Shown here one piece after another: positions 10,990 to 22,979 of a stretch of 64,000 nucleotides of DNA. Where the stretch lies: positions 124,001 through 188,000 of the forward strand of contig NW_027191470.1 in NCBI RefSeq assembly GCF_011745625.1, read 5' to 3'. Made by a program: the position numbers and the translations under genes. Under the pieces are notes generated by a model. The model had not been told where the DNA came from, searched no databases, and saw nothing but the letters and a program-made list of their open reading frames with translations. Source of the DNA: Cladosporium halotolerans (taxonomy: Eukaryota). Position 1 is the stretch's first letter; every line of letters begins with the position of its first letter.

Positions 10990-13058
10990 TCATTGCAAAC
11001 GTCCTACGCGAACCTCCTGCTGTTTTTGAAGTTCCCGCCACCGCTCCTTGCGATCTTCGCCCTTTTGCACTTTCTTCTTTTGAGCCATTAGACGGCCAAA
11101 CCGCCCTCTAGCGCCATGCTTGAGTTTCGTAATCTGATCTCCAGCCTTACCCTTCGTTACGGTTTCCACAGTCAGCTTCTCATTTTCGCCACGAAACTTA
11201 TTCAGCATATCCACTTGGGCCTGAGTAGCTGGTCGTCGGCGCCAGCTGGCGTGCTTGTTGATGATCTCGAAGGAGAACTTCTCCTTGGCGAAAGTGTCTG
11301 CTGCGGAGACGGCACCTTCGAAGGTCACGGACGATGCTATGACACGAGGTCGCATGTAGGGTGATTTGGTCTTGAAGCTGTCGGACAACTTCCCAGTAAA
11401 CAAGACTTCGGACTCACTTTCACTGCGCTTGATCGTGATGAAGTCACCAGACCTGTCGGACAGGATGTAGCGGTCTTCATCGATTTGCACCCAGGCGCAG
11501 GCTGACAGCGCGCGGATGTGACGTTCGCCAGAGGTATCTTCGATCAGATCGTTGACATTGTCGTAGTCCGTGAAAGTGATGTCTCCAGTGAGGTGTCGTC
11601 TCTGGCTGGAATTCTGCGGTGATAGCTCCGAGGCCTTTTCCTCTCGCTCTTTCTCACTTGCTCTACGATCCCGAACGTCTTTCATAGCAGATGCATCCGC
11701 GTCGTTGACCAATTCGTGCGGATCAAGGCCGAAGAGGGTGGGTGTGGTGACAATACCTGTCTCCAGCGAGGCCACCATGTCAATAACGTGACAATTATTC
11801 TTGCCGGTGTACTTCCTTAACCCACGGCCGATCATCTGAACAAGAAGATTTCGAGATTTGGTTGGCCTAGCAAGCAGGACGCAGTCAATGTTGGGTATAT
11901 CTGTCCCCTCGGTGAAGATTCCACAATTTAGCAAGACAGGAAACTCTCCTGTTTTGAAAGCCTCAAGTCGTTCGAGGCGTAGTTGACGCGGCGTATCGCT
12001 CGTCACGAAACGAGCGTCAATGCCGTATTGTCGGAAGGTTGCTGTCAAGCTCGCAACATGTGCTAGGTCTACACAGAAGACAATGGTAGACTTGCGATCA
12101 GCGGCCTTGCTGAGCCAGGCGCGTACAGTAATTGCGTTGATCTCGTCGTTGTTCACAGCCTTGGAAAGAGCTCCTGTCTGGAAATCTCCGGCAGTCGTTT
12201 TGACGCGAGAAAGGTCGGCACCGGAATGTACCGTCGTAAAAATGACATCGGAGAGCCATTTGTCATCGATCATGTCAACGTAATCCCTATAGAGTCATGT
12301 CAATATTTGCATGAAATAAACAAGCATACACAGGATCACACTAACTTGTGGTACACAATATGATCAATAGCACTGCCCAGACTCAATCCGTCTGCTCTGG
12401 AGAAGGTAGCGCTGACTCCAACAAGAGCCGTATGAGTCTTTGCGTCCTTATCCATCAGATTGAAATGCTTCAAGATATTAAGATACGTCGGTGCCGCGAT
12501 GTGATGGGCTTCGTCAACAAGGATAAGTTTGAAGCGCTTGGGATCATACTTCTGCAGCCGCTCTCCAGAGGTAATACTCTGTACACTTGCCACAGTGATG
12601 TCGCCCGTGCCAGTCGCGTGCTGCTCCGCCATCTCGACTTCCACGCGCTTCAGCGGATAAAGATTTGTGATATGGCGAGCAGCCTGCTCTACAAGCTCGC
12701 GACGATGTGCGAGCACCAGTGTCTGACTGGCATCTGGCGTAGGGCATGGCACACGCTCGATAAGATGGCTGAAGATGACCGTTTTGCCACTTCCGGTCGC
12801 GAGCGAGAGTCCTAAGCGGCGAGCACCTTGGGCAAGACTCGTGAGGACGGATGCGATAGACTCTTCCTGATATGGACGGAGCTGAATGCCAGAGCCACCA
12901 TTGCTAGACAGCCGCGTCGAAGTGGCGATTGAGTGTGACCGGAGGTTGTTGCCGCGAAAGGGGTCATGTTGTTTCGACAAAGATGGACAATGGCGATAGC
13001 CTTTCAGGGCTGCAGCAGCAAGGCTAGCTCCATTCTGGAAAATGAGCGTACGACGCAT
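10990..13058 (-). CDS. IRC3: Mitochondrial DEAD/H-box SF2 helicase Irc3
   Basis: Exons 13058-12346 and 12286-10990. [37 protein letters not shown] and QMIGRGLR motifs; Arg/Ser-rich presequence-like N-terminus. Start codon choice is uncertain. Confidence 0.88.
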
Positions 13059-13635
13059 GCACGCCGGTGATGGAGGTGTTGCGGCGCGATGATGATGCCT
13101 CCAGTATCCTGCGCCTCCTCTGTTCACGCGCTAAGAACTGCGAAACGCGTGGGGGAAGAAGTCTTATCCGGAGAAGCGACCAACCGCATACGCGGACACG
13201 GCGACTTCACGGTCAACCGGCTTAGCCCTAGTAACATACAACTCTGAGGTAGTCTACTGGATTGAAGTATGTCCAAATGGTCCAAGCTACCGGGAAAGCT
13301 CTTCACTAGAGAGACGCTCTAGCTATCAGAGGGCCCCCTGGGCCACGAATCTGCCCTGGTTGCCTATACACACGCGGCCATCAGACGACACATCCGACCG
13401 AGCGTGCAGGGCTCGACCGATAGCGGCGCCCTCTCACACATCTCGCTGCCAGAAAATTACTTCTGGCAGAGATCTAACGATGAAGATTGAGCAACGGCCA
13501 CGCGTCTCGGGGCATGTCCCTTGATGCGGTTTAGCAGAGGAGGGGATGTTGTTGGTATAAGAAACCTGCTCATCCTCATCCATCTCTTGCCAGTACAACC
13601 ACAAATTAGGACTCGCTCAATCCAGACGAAGAACG

Positions 13636-15428
13636 ATGAGACAATGCCTCCTCCTTGCAAGCGGTTTTTCCGCTGCTTCTGCTTCCACTTTGGCCAGCAT
13701 CTGCAGCACATCTAACATCCAAAACAGCTTGCCTAGCAGCTCCGACATCGATGGCCTGATCTTTCGCGACGTGACGGCTCAGGCTGTCTATAATTCCTCG
13801 GTTGAAGCTGGCAACAACTACCCAGCGGCTACTGGTCGGAATTTTTGCAACGTGACTGCCGCATACAAGCATGCCGGCAAGGATGACGCAGTAGGTTTTG
13901 CAACGCTCGACTTGTTTCCTAGAACTCATGTTGACGACGAATCGAACAGATCAACGTTTGGTACTACTTCCCTGATCCTGCCCAATACCAAGGTCGCTTC
14001 CTTGCCACGGGTGGCGGAGGCTTCGCCATCAATTCTGGCGCTTCCGGTTTGGAGGGTGGTCTAGTATACGGCGCCGTTGCTGGATGCACTGACGGTGGCA
14101 TGGGATGGGGCGGTCAGCTCAACGACGTCGTCCTCAAAGCGAACGGAAGCCTGGACTACGACATTATCAACAACTTCGGATATTTGTCGATCCACGAGAT
14201 GACCGAGATTGGCAAGACCATGAGCAAGAACATCTACAATTCGTCCAAGCTGTATTCGTATTACCAGGGGTGCTCTGAGGGAGGTCGTGATGGCTGGTCT
14301 CAGGTGCAGAGGTACTCGGACCAGTTCGATGGCGCTGTCGTTGGCGCTCCGGCTTTCCGTCAATCGCACCAGCAGCCGAATCATGACTGGCCGCAGATCT
14401 ATGAGCAGTCAATTAGCTACGCGCCTAACAGCTGTGCGCTTGAGAAGATCGTCAACGAGACTGTAAACGCTTGTGACGCTCTTGACGGGAAAGTCGATGG
14501 CGTCGTTGCACGATCTGATCTTTGCAAGCTGAACTGGCACCCGGAGAACGTTATCGGCAAGAGCTACGCTTGTGCGGCCTCTACGGCCTTCAACCCGATC
14601 ACTGGTGGCGCGGGTGCAACTACACCAGCCGCAAATGGCACTGTAAACGCGAATGACGTGGCTGTCTTCCTAGCTGTCCAAAACGGTCCCTACGACAGCA
14701 AGAACCGCCACCTATACGTCGGCTTTCAGCCTGGAACGGACACCTCATCCAATGCTGCAGGGACCTACTCGAACAAAACAGGATCCTACGAAATCGCTGC
14801 CATCACCGACATCGGCGCCGAGTGGATCACCGAGCTGCTCCAGGAAGTGAACAGTACCTCTCTCTCCTTGGATGGCGTTACAGTCGACACGCTGCGCGGC
14901 TGGATGATCGAGGGAATGCAGAAGTACGCCGGCACGTTGAACACCGTCTGGACGGACCTGCAAGAATTCAGTGAGGCTGGCGGCAAGATCATCCACTACC
15001 ATGGTGAAGCAGACAACAGCATCCCGACTCTCTCGTCTGTCATCTACCAGGAGCAAGTCCGACGCGTCATGTACCCTGATCTCAGCTACGAGGACTCGCT
15101 GGAGAAGCTGCATGAGTTTTACCGTCTGTACATTGTTCCGGGAGCTGCTCACTGCTCGCCCAGCGCGGAGAATGGGCCGTTCCCGCAGACTGTGCTGGGA
15201 TCTATGATCGAGTGGGTGGAGAATGAAGTCGTGCCTGTGCAGCTGAACGCAACCGTCTTGCAGGGTCCGGAGGAAGGCAACGCTGAGAAGATCTGCACGT
15301 TCCCTTACAGGCCGATGTGGAGTGGCAATACGACTGAACACAAGTGCGTGATGCCGGAGAAGGATGCTTTGGATACCTGGTTCCCCGTGCTTGATTCTAT
15401 CCCTCTCAACAGTTACGGCAATGCTTGA
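13636..15428 (+). CDS. Secreted tannase / feruloyl esterase
   Basis: Signal peptide MRQCLLLASGFSAASAS; intron 13891-13949. GRFLATGGGG, GCSEGGRDG (nucleophile Ser), CDALDGKVDG, YHGEAD and GAAHC are tannase-family motifs. Confidence 0.9.
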
Positions 15429-15768
15429 GAGCTAGGGCATGTTGACTGGTGAGAGTCGATTTGGAGATGACAATATCTCGAGAGCTTAATAGTAAACTAA
15501 GTAGTCGGTACACATTTGACCCGTCGAACGAATAATGATTATTAGAGGTGACTTTCTATCTTGGTGTGGAACCCGGAGAAAATGTATGTTTCTTGAACCC
15601 TCGCGTGCCTCGGCCTTTGGCGAACGACTCTCCAAATTGCGGGCAGATGACGAACGTTGGCGTCCAATCGCGACATCGCCGTGAACGTCAACTGGAGAGC
15701 TTCGCGTAACTCTTGCTTCCCTTTGAACCACGCATACAGACACGCGGCATCTGCCCAACAACCTCAAA

Positions 15769-16366
15769 ATGGCTTCAGCAAAGTCTGTCGCAGCCACAGT
15801 GCTCAGGAGCAACCTTGGCCGCCAATGCCGCAGCGCATTCGCTCCCAGACAATTCCAGAACGGCCTCACCAAAGCGCAGCCCACCCAGCGCGCTGTCCGA
15901 CCGGCCTTCGTCCCAGTCCGATGGCACTCCGTTCCTCCTTCGGCAAGCTCGAAAAATTACGAGTTCGGCGAGATCAAGGAGCTCAGCAGTTCTCCCTCTG
16001 CTGAACGCCTGCTGATTGGTAAGCTTCGCTCCGCGCCTCCTGCCATCCAACTAGAAGTATACTAACCTTTTCAACCCAGACGTTCGTGAGCCTTCCGAGT
16101 ATGAAGCGGGTTTCATCCCCAGCGCGATCAACATCCCGGTCAAGTCGCAGCCCGACGCGATGTTCCTGCCCGAGGAGGAGTTCGAGGACCGCTTCGGCTT
16201 CAGCAAGCCGGCGATGGACCAGGAGCTAGTGTTCTACTGCAAGGCAGGCGTGCGGAGCTCGGCTGCCGCGCAGCTGGCCAAGCAGTACGGATACAAGAAT
16301 GTCTCGGAGTACAGAGGGAGCTGGCTGGACTGGGAGAAAAATGGCGGGCAGTCGAGCAAGCCTTGA
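15769..16366 (+). CDS. Single-domain rhodanese / thiosulfate sulfurtransferase (Rdl1/Rdl2-like) with mitochondrial presequence
   Basis: Intron 16019-16079 restores LIDVREP; GFIPSAINIP, FYCKAGVRS active-site loop and YRGSWLDW. The N-terminus is Arg/Ala/Ser-rich and lacks acidic residues. Confidence 0.88.
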
Positions 16367-17025
16367 GTGAAAAGAAGCATGATTGTATACAACACTTGCA
16401 CGCCTTTGCTTTGGTGCTACGATGCGATATCACTTTGTGCCGTGTCCTTATATGAACCGTCATATACGTGCCTATCGATGAAGCAGCCGAGTGGGGCTTT
16501 CTCATTGAATTCTACAACGCGAGAATGCTGGCGCTGCACAGAATCTCACGCACAGCAGGACTGGAAAATGCACATACGCAACGTTGGAAGGGATTTCGCT
16601 CTAGTAAAGCTGTTGACCATTGGCCTTCCCTTGTGATCAAGTAGATAGCATGTTCCGACCTTGCACCTACATATCGACTTTTGTTGCTCCAATTATGTCG
16701 ACGTGAATAACGAATATGTATTTGAAATTGATTTCGCCTTCAATGCCTCACAGTGTAGCATTCTTGTGCTCGTGCCATATGGCTCGATCAAACGTTGTAT
16801 AGTGTCTGCTCGCGATGTATGTGTCAGTCACGACACTTTCGTCCGCCAGAGGATGAGCATGAAGCTAGGATTGATATATTATGGAGGAGGACGCAAATAT
16901 CGTCTAATAAACCCCAGACATAACCTAGATATATCCAGAAAAGCCTAAACTCAGACTTAGGAAGTGGCTACGGGGCAATGAACAGCACATAACCCAACCA
17001 TGACCACTGTGTCCTGACCGTGAAC

Positions 17026-17043
17026 AACCCCAACCCTAACCCT
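17026..17043. repeat. Interstitial telomere-like motif AACCCCAACCCTAACCCT (copy 1)
   Basis: The same 18-mer occurs at 20590-20607; it is a degenerate (CCCTAA)n. Confidence 0.6.
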
Positions 17044-17170
17044 AGCAACCCACACCTCGCTTGAGATTTGAAAGACCGCATGCGGACTGGACGCGGCATG
17101 TTCACTCATGCGAGTTAAAGAAGGTTGTGAGCTAGATATACAGTTCCCATCAGACGGACAGATTGATCTA

Positions 17171-19186
17171 TCAGTCTACCGACAGCGCATCCTTGAGCTC
17201 AGCAAAATGCCCCTTGAACTCCTCCGCCATCTTGCCCTCCGTATCCGCCACAATCGTGCAGACGAGCGAGTAATTATTGTACAGGAACCTGTCTCTCTTC
17301 CTAGCCTCCGGAACACTCTTACTTTGCTTGACAAGGAATGCCTCGTATTCTTTTCGCAGCCTGCCGAGACTGCTGCCAATGGGCTCGTCGTCTCCAGCTT
17401 CGCTGCTCAGCGACAAAATGCCTTGCAGGAAGTTGGCAAATCGTTGCGTGAGAGGATGGGGAGCGGTGCTCTGTGATGACGCCGAAGAGGACGTCAGACT
17501 CAGAGCCGAACCTGCGGGCTTGCCAGACAGCGACGCTGTGAGCTTGCGCACTGATTCGCAATGAACGTCAATGATACGCTGGAATCGGGGCCACAGAAGC
17601 ATATTGGTGCCGTTGATGTAGCCTTCGACGGCGGGCACTTTGCGGCGTTGGAGCTCGAAAGCAAAGTGTTGGTTCAGACGGACACAGGTCAGTATTCCGA
17701 GGGCGTCGACGCTCTGTTCGACAAGCTGACGGGTGAGGGCTTGACCTAGCTCGAATGTCGGCTGGAAGATCTCGTTGAACTTTCGGTTGGTGGCGTGGAA
17801 GGACTGCTTGGTGAAGAATTCAGTCAAGAATGAGTATTCTGCAGATGCGTTGTCGACAAGCGCAAGGTTGAATGCCCGGAATGGAACTTCCAAGTAGTGA
17901 GTGCCTTTATCTTCCTCCGCAAGGTAGGACGAGAGGGCCGTGTCGTTAGTTGTCCGTAGATTCTCCGTACGGCGACCAATCGAGAAAGCATCATGTGGTG
18001 GTGCGCCGGGCTTGACCGTTTTCCGAGCTGGGTCAGCAGCAATGGCCTCGGTCTGATCAATATTATGTATGTTCAACTTGTCCAGAGCAGTCCTGTACCG
18101 GGTAAAATTGTTGAGGTAATACCAACGCATGGTGTTGATGTATGCTTGGGATATCTCTTCACCAAGCTGTGGCTGGCGCTGCGCGAGGAATCCAAATACA
18201 CCACGATATCGCAAAAAGCTGTTCTGCTGAATGATCTGAGCGTTGATACTAGGTGAGCGCAACGCTTTGATCTGTGCAACAACGTAATCTCTGATGCGTT
18301 CCACGGCTTTGTTTGACACGTCGTCGACCAAAGGTCGAATATCTTGGGCAGCTTTGATATCCTTGCCCTCTTTGAGTTTCGCATCGATGCTTCTGGAGCG
18401 CTTTTCCAGCTCTTCCAATGCTCTCACCCAGGAATCGTCCACTGTGCCCTCAGCTATCTTCCTGACAGCAGCAGGTGGTATGCCGAAAGCCTCCACTTCT
18501 GGCGCCAGCACCTTCTCGACGACTTTCCGATTTTCTAATTTTGTGTTCAGGGTGGTGGAACGATTCTGCAGTGTTTCAATCTCAGCTGCTACGGCAGCCA
18601 GATCCGCCTGGAAGCTGGTAAGATATGTCTCAACGGAGCTGAGGACCTCATCGCAGGACACTATGGATTTGTGCAGGTCTTCAAATCTGTCCTTCTCTTT
18701 CTCGAAATCCTCAACCGCTGCATCTGTAGACGGTGGAGGTTGGGTTGTGGATGCGGGTTGTGGGCGCGCATTGGCAAACTGTTCAAGGCTCAGACCCCCA
18801 AAATCAATGTCCCCATCGATCGCATCTGGTGCGCCGGTTTTTTGTTTGATATCACCTCCTTCATCTTGTCCCTTTGCTGGCAGCGGGCCGAGGATACGCT
18901 CAAGCACATCTACTGGATCTTGTACGTCGGTTGCGGGTGAACTAGCCAGATCTCGCCTCAAATTGGAAGCACCGGGTATACGTGCCGCGGCGGGCAGACT
19001 ATCGGTGGATCCAACGAGCGATGCGGCAGAAAGAGAGGTCGTTCTGGAGGGCAGGCCAGGCCGACGGGGTAATGTGCTGGGCCCTAGCTGGAACGACTTT
19101 CGAGGCGACGGCGAATAGGGCCTGTTTGGAGAGCCTCCTGAGGGCGTCGACTGGGCAGATTGCCCCGAGAAGCGCTCCAACCACAT
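17171..19186 (-). CDS. VPS52: GARP complex subunit Vps52 (Sac2)
   Basis: 671 aa single exon. LHKSIVSCDEVLSSVETYLTSFQADL coiled coil, AVERIRDYVV, YINTMRWYY, LLWPRF, PHPLTQRFA and FLYNNYSLV match Vps52. Confidence 0.92.
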   Translation of the reverse strand: MWLERFSGQSAQSTPSGGSPNRPYSPSPRKSFQLGPSTLPRRPGLPSRTTSLSAASLVGSTDSLPAAARIPGASNLRRDLASSPATDVQDPVDVLERILGPLPAKGQDEGGDIKQKTGAPDAIDGDIDFGGLSLEQFANARPQPASTTQPPPSTDAAVEDFEKEKDRFEDLHKSIVSCDEVLSSVETYLTSFQADLAAVAAEIETLQNRSTTLNTKLENRKVVEKVLAPEVEAFGIPPAAVRKIAEGTVDDSWVRALEELEKRSRSIDAKLKEGKDIKAAQDIRPLVDDVSNKAVERIRDYVVAQIKALRSPSINAQIIQQNSFLRYRGVFGFLAQRQPQLGEEISQAYINTMRWYYLNNFTRYRTALDKLNIHNIDQTEAIAADPARKTVKPGAPPHDAFSIGRRTENLRTTNDTALSSYLAEEDKGTHYLEVPFRAFNLALVDNASAEYSFLTEFFTKQSFHATNRKFNEIFQPTFELGQALTRQLVEQSVDALGILTCVRLNQHFAFELQRRKVPAVEGYINGTNMLLWPRFQRIIDVHCESVRKLTASLSGKPAGSALSLTSSSASSQSTAPHPLTQRFANFLQGILSLSSEAGDDEPIGSSLGRLRKEYEAFLVKQSKSVPEARKRDRFLYNNYSLVCTIVADTEGKMAEEFKGHFAELKDALSVD

Positions 19187-19512
19187 ATCACGGCGAGGTA
19201 TCCGAAGTAGTGTGCGCGAGGCGCGACCTTAAAGATGTCCCTCCCTTTAGCCCGTGCCTGGACTCGCGTAGGCATGTGACTTGAAGCTCCCTCTGGCGTG
19301 CAGCCAATCAGCGAGGGCTGGTATTGCTCTTCCAGCCGCTCAATCGGGCGGGCAAATGTGGGTCCCGCTCTCGCCCGCCGACTTTGGCGCGGGGCATCGA
19401 ATATCCTCCCACAATCTTCTCTACCACACGACACAATCTCCGAAAAACTCACTTCCCCAAGCACTTAGTCACCCCTCCACCACCACCCACAACCCAGCAA
19501 CACTCAGACAAA

Positions 19513-20235
19513 ATGGCCGAGCAGCCCAACGACGCCCAGGTGAGTCGCCCGCGAACACCGACTCCGACACACCTCGGCGCTGCGCCTCTGCATGCGCTGC
19601 GACCCTGGAGCATCGCCACGTACTAAACTGACCACCATCACTACAGCATGAGGTCTCCTTCGACAGCGCCGACGCCGGTGCGTCCGCGACCTTCCCGATG
19701 CAGTGCTCTGCTCTGAGGAAGAACGGTCACGTTGTCATCAAGGGCCGTCCCTGCAAGATTGTCGACATGTCCACCTCCAAGACCGGCAAGCACGGTCACG
19801 CCAAGGTCCACTTGACTGCCATCGACATCTTCACTGGCAAGAAGCTCGAGGATCTGTCCCCGTCCACCCACAACATGGACGTCCCGAACGTCTCCCGCCG
19901 CGAGTACCAGCTGGTAAGGAATACCCGAGCAGGAGCGAAAAAGCGGGGCAGATGACTGACTTCGCTTGCGCACAGCTCGACATCACCGACGACGACTTCC
20001 TTTCCCTCATGCACGACGACGGCTCCACCAAGGACGACGTCAAGGTCCCGTCCGGCGAGGTTGGTGACAAGATCAACAAGCTCTTCAAGGAGGAGGAGAA
20101 GGACACCAGTGCGTATCACCGGAGCCATTTGTCGAATGTACCTGTACTAACGCAATTCCAGACGTCATCATCCTCACTGCCATGGGCGAGGAGTGCGCCA
20201 TTGACGCCAAGGAGGCCCCCAAGGGCTCCGGTTAA
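19513..20235 (+). CDS. HYP2: Translation factor eIF5A
   Basis: Exons 19513-19539, 19647-19913, 19976-20108, 20162-20235 give 166 aa; hypusine motif [13 protein letters not shown]. Confidence 0.97.
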
Positions 20236-20589
20236 ATTTCTCCCGAATCGACTAGATGAGGGGTTTCTTGCAGCGCATGCAGTAGGCATACAATCAATAC
20301 CAAGCGCTGGCGCGATTAGCGGAATGTTACGACAGCATGGGCTGCGGCCGTCATGCGGACATGCGGGTTTATGAGTTATTGCAAAAGCGATAGCGCATTT
20401 GGCAAAAAACAGGAAAGCGATGTTGATTTTTTTCGAATTGGGACGCACCAGCATCCACGTATCTACGACAAGGAAATGATCTGACGTGCTCTCAATTTTT
20501 GATACTTTTCTCACTCAGTGATAAGTAACGACATAGTGACCATGCAGGCCAATATTGCGAAAGCGCGTTGTGTCAAAGGTGAATGCTAT

Positions 20590-20607
20590 AACCCCAACCC
20601 TAACCCT
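20590..20607. repeat. Interstitial telomere-like motif AACCCCAACCCTAACCCT (copy 2), upstream of RRN7
   Basis: Identical to 17026-17043; about 330 nt upstream of the RRN7 ATG. Confidence 0.6.
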
Positions 20608-20937
20608 GTGTACCCTGAAAAGCTGTGTAAAAACCTCGGCTCTCGCCGATGGCGCTCGTCGACTGGTCGCGACGACCATTCAATAATTCTATACACATGT
20701 AAACAGCAATCAAAACGGATGAGAATATGTTCGCATTGCTCTGACAAAGTGACGATGAGCATTGAAGGGTTAGTTAGCTGAAATAGTTCATTCCAGCTTC
20801 CTATGTCCGAAGCTGCCATCGCGCTTCACACCTGTATGCACATTTAACAAGGATCCGGACGCATGGCCACCGACAGCGAGCGCACACCACAATGAGGCGA
20901 ACGACAATAGTCTCTCACCCATCACCGCAGCCACAAG

Positions 20938-22979
20938 ATGTCGTTGCGAGCTCACAAACGCCCTGAGCCCTGCGGCGAAGAAAACTGTGGTTCACGCAGA
21001 TTTCACGTCGGCGACGATGGCTACACATACTGCGACCGAGGTCACCAGCAATCACACGTAAGTGAAGCTGCCGAAACGCTGCCAATAAGGCTATGTTTTC
21101 CTTGCTGTCCATATTAAGGATCCCACTGACCACCCTCTCCAGCGCGGCACTGTCATCGCTGAAGACACAGGCGAGCTCGTCCAACTCGGCCGCAAACAAC
21201 GCCGCCGCGATTCGGACGCCGAATCGTCCGCGCGAAGTCGCTCGAGAGGCTTCACCGGCTCCAAAGCTCTCGAACATTACCTACTGGCCCTGCAGCTCGT
21301 GCTGAGGAAACAAGTCGCGTGGCTGGTGAGCGTCGCGAAACTCCCCGCGGAGCTCGAGGTGCGTTTTATGTCTTTCCTTCGTACTTCATCTCACCCCGAC
21401 CTCCTCAGCCTTACGAGCCAGAGCGCTTCAGCATGTCTTTGCGAAACGTCCGCTTGTGCCAGACACGCTCAGACGAAACGACGAGGGGGACGTTTGCTGT
21501 CTCTTGCAAGTACTATGTCTCGACGACTCACAGACACATTGATCGCGAGACCTCACAAGGCAAAAACATTGTACTGACGCTACTCCACCCCCCCCGCAGG
21601 CCATCACCCGCGACATCTGGGCCCTACGCCTGCGCCGCCTGCAAAGCCGCGTCTCCTACGACTCCGAAACCGACACCGAAGCGCCCTCGCAAGTCTTCAG
21701 CTCGCAGTCCGAGAACGAATCCGCCACCTCGCGCGGCGGCGGCAGCAGCACCATCGGCCGACGGCGCAAACGCCACGTCAAAACGGACGGCACCGTCAAC
21801 CTCGCCGAGACGCTGGCGGTGCTGCACGTGAGCGCCGCGCTGCTGCGCATCCCGCTGACAATCGCCGACATAGTCGACAAAATCGACACGGGCGAGCTGC
21901 TCTACTACTCCGCCGCGCGCGCCGTGCCCGCGACGCTGCTCGAGCGGCTGCCGCCCGAGTTCCAAGGCCTGCTGGAGCCGCAGCGGCAGCTGCGAGGAAG
22001 CGCGCTGCACAAGCGCGTGCTGGAGCTGGCGGCGCTGCTGGGCGGCGAGTTCGGGATGGAGGCGCCGCGCGCGAACGTGCCGCTGCTGCTGTACAGGTGG
22101 ATGGGGGAGCTGGCGCTGCCGCTCGAGGTGTATGCCGGGACGCGGCGGCTGGCGCGCGAGCTGGGGGCGGACTTCACGGTGCAGGTTCGGGAGGGGGGCG
22201 CGGGCTCGCCGGTGCTGCTGCGGTACCCTGAGGTGCAGCTGATGGCGTTGCTGGTCGTGGCGACGAAGCTGTTCTTTCCGCTGGACGATGTCGAGCGCCA
22301 TCCGACGTCGGCGCAGGACCTGTCCGCTCTACAGATGGACTGGGACGCTTGGGACGCCACACACAATGTCTCTTCTTCTTCCTCTACAGAGCAAGACAAT
22401 GCCGCACGCGGCGAGCTGCGCTTCAGCGAAGCTGCCGGCGTCACCGAGCCCGACTGCCTGACAATGGGCGAGGCGGAACTAGACCGATACCTAGACTGGT
22501 ACGAGACGAACCTCGCGAGCGAGAGCGTGCGCGAGCAAGGCCGAGCAGGCCGCGACGCCGACTTCCGGCGCACGCTGATGCGGCTGTTTCCCACTCAGCC
22601 CTCGTCTCGCGCTCCACCCGTCGAAGGCGAAGACAGCGTCGGAGGCGAAGACAGAAGTCTCGCGCGCTCGTCGGCGGACGAGGCGACACAGCGTCTCAGG
22701 CGAGTGCAACAAGCGCTGCGGCCGCGGGGGATTGTTGTCTCAGCGGGAGATGGAGCAGGCGGCGTCGAGCAAGGAAAAGTCGCGCGAGCGGGGAGTTTCT
22801 ACAGGCGGCATCGCGAGGCGGCGGACCTGGAAGGGCCGACGAGGACGCTTTATGCCAAAGCGGCGACGCTGGCGGGCGTGGCGCTGGAGGAGATGACGCG
22901 GGCGGTATTTCTAACAGAGAGGGGATTGCAGAAGCGCGAGCAGCGCGGCGCGAGGGAGGAGGACGCAGGGGAGGAATAG
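20938..22979 (+). CDS. RRN7: RNA polymerase I core factor subunit Rrn7 (TAF1B-like)
   Basis: Exons 20938-21057, 21143-21358, 21600-22979. N-terminal zinc ribbon CGEENCGS..DDGYTYCDRGH, then LQLVLRKQVAWL..LPAELE/AITRDIWALRL and PEVQLMALLVVATKL. Confidence 0.85.

Noticed and set aside
16620..16660. Loose resemblance to the U2 snRNA 5' region (ggcctt..gatcaagt..tgttc)
   Set aside because: Lacks the invariant GTGTAGTA branch-pairing sequence and an Sm site.
17026..17050. Telomerase RNA template or a true telomere
   Set aside because: Only about three degenerate repeats, internal to a gene-dense region; the 800-nt gap looks too short for the long telomerase RNAs of filamentous ascomycetes.
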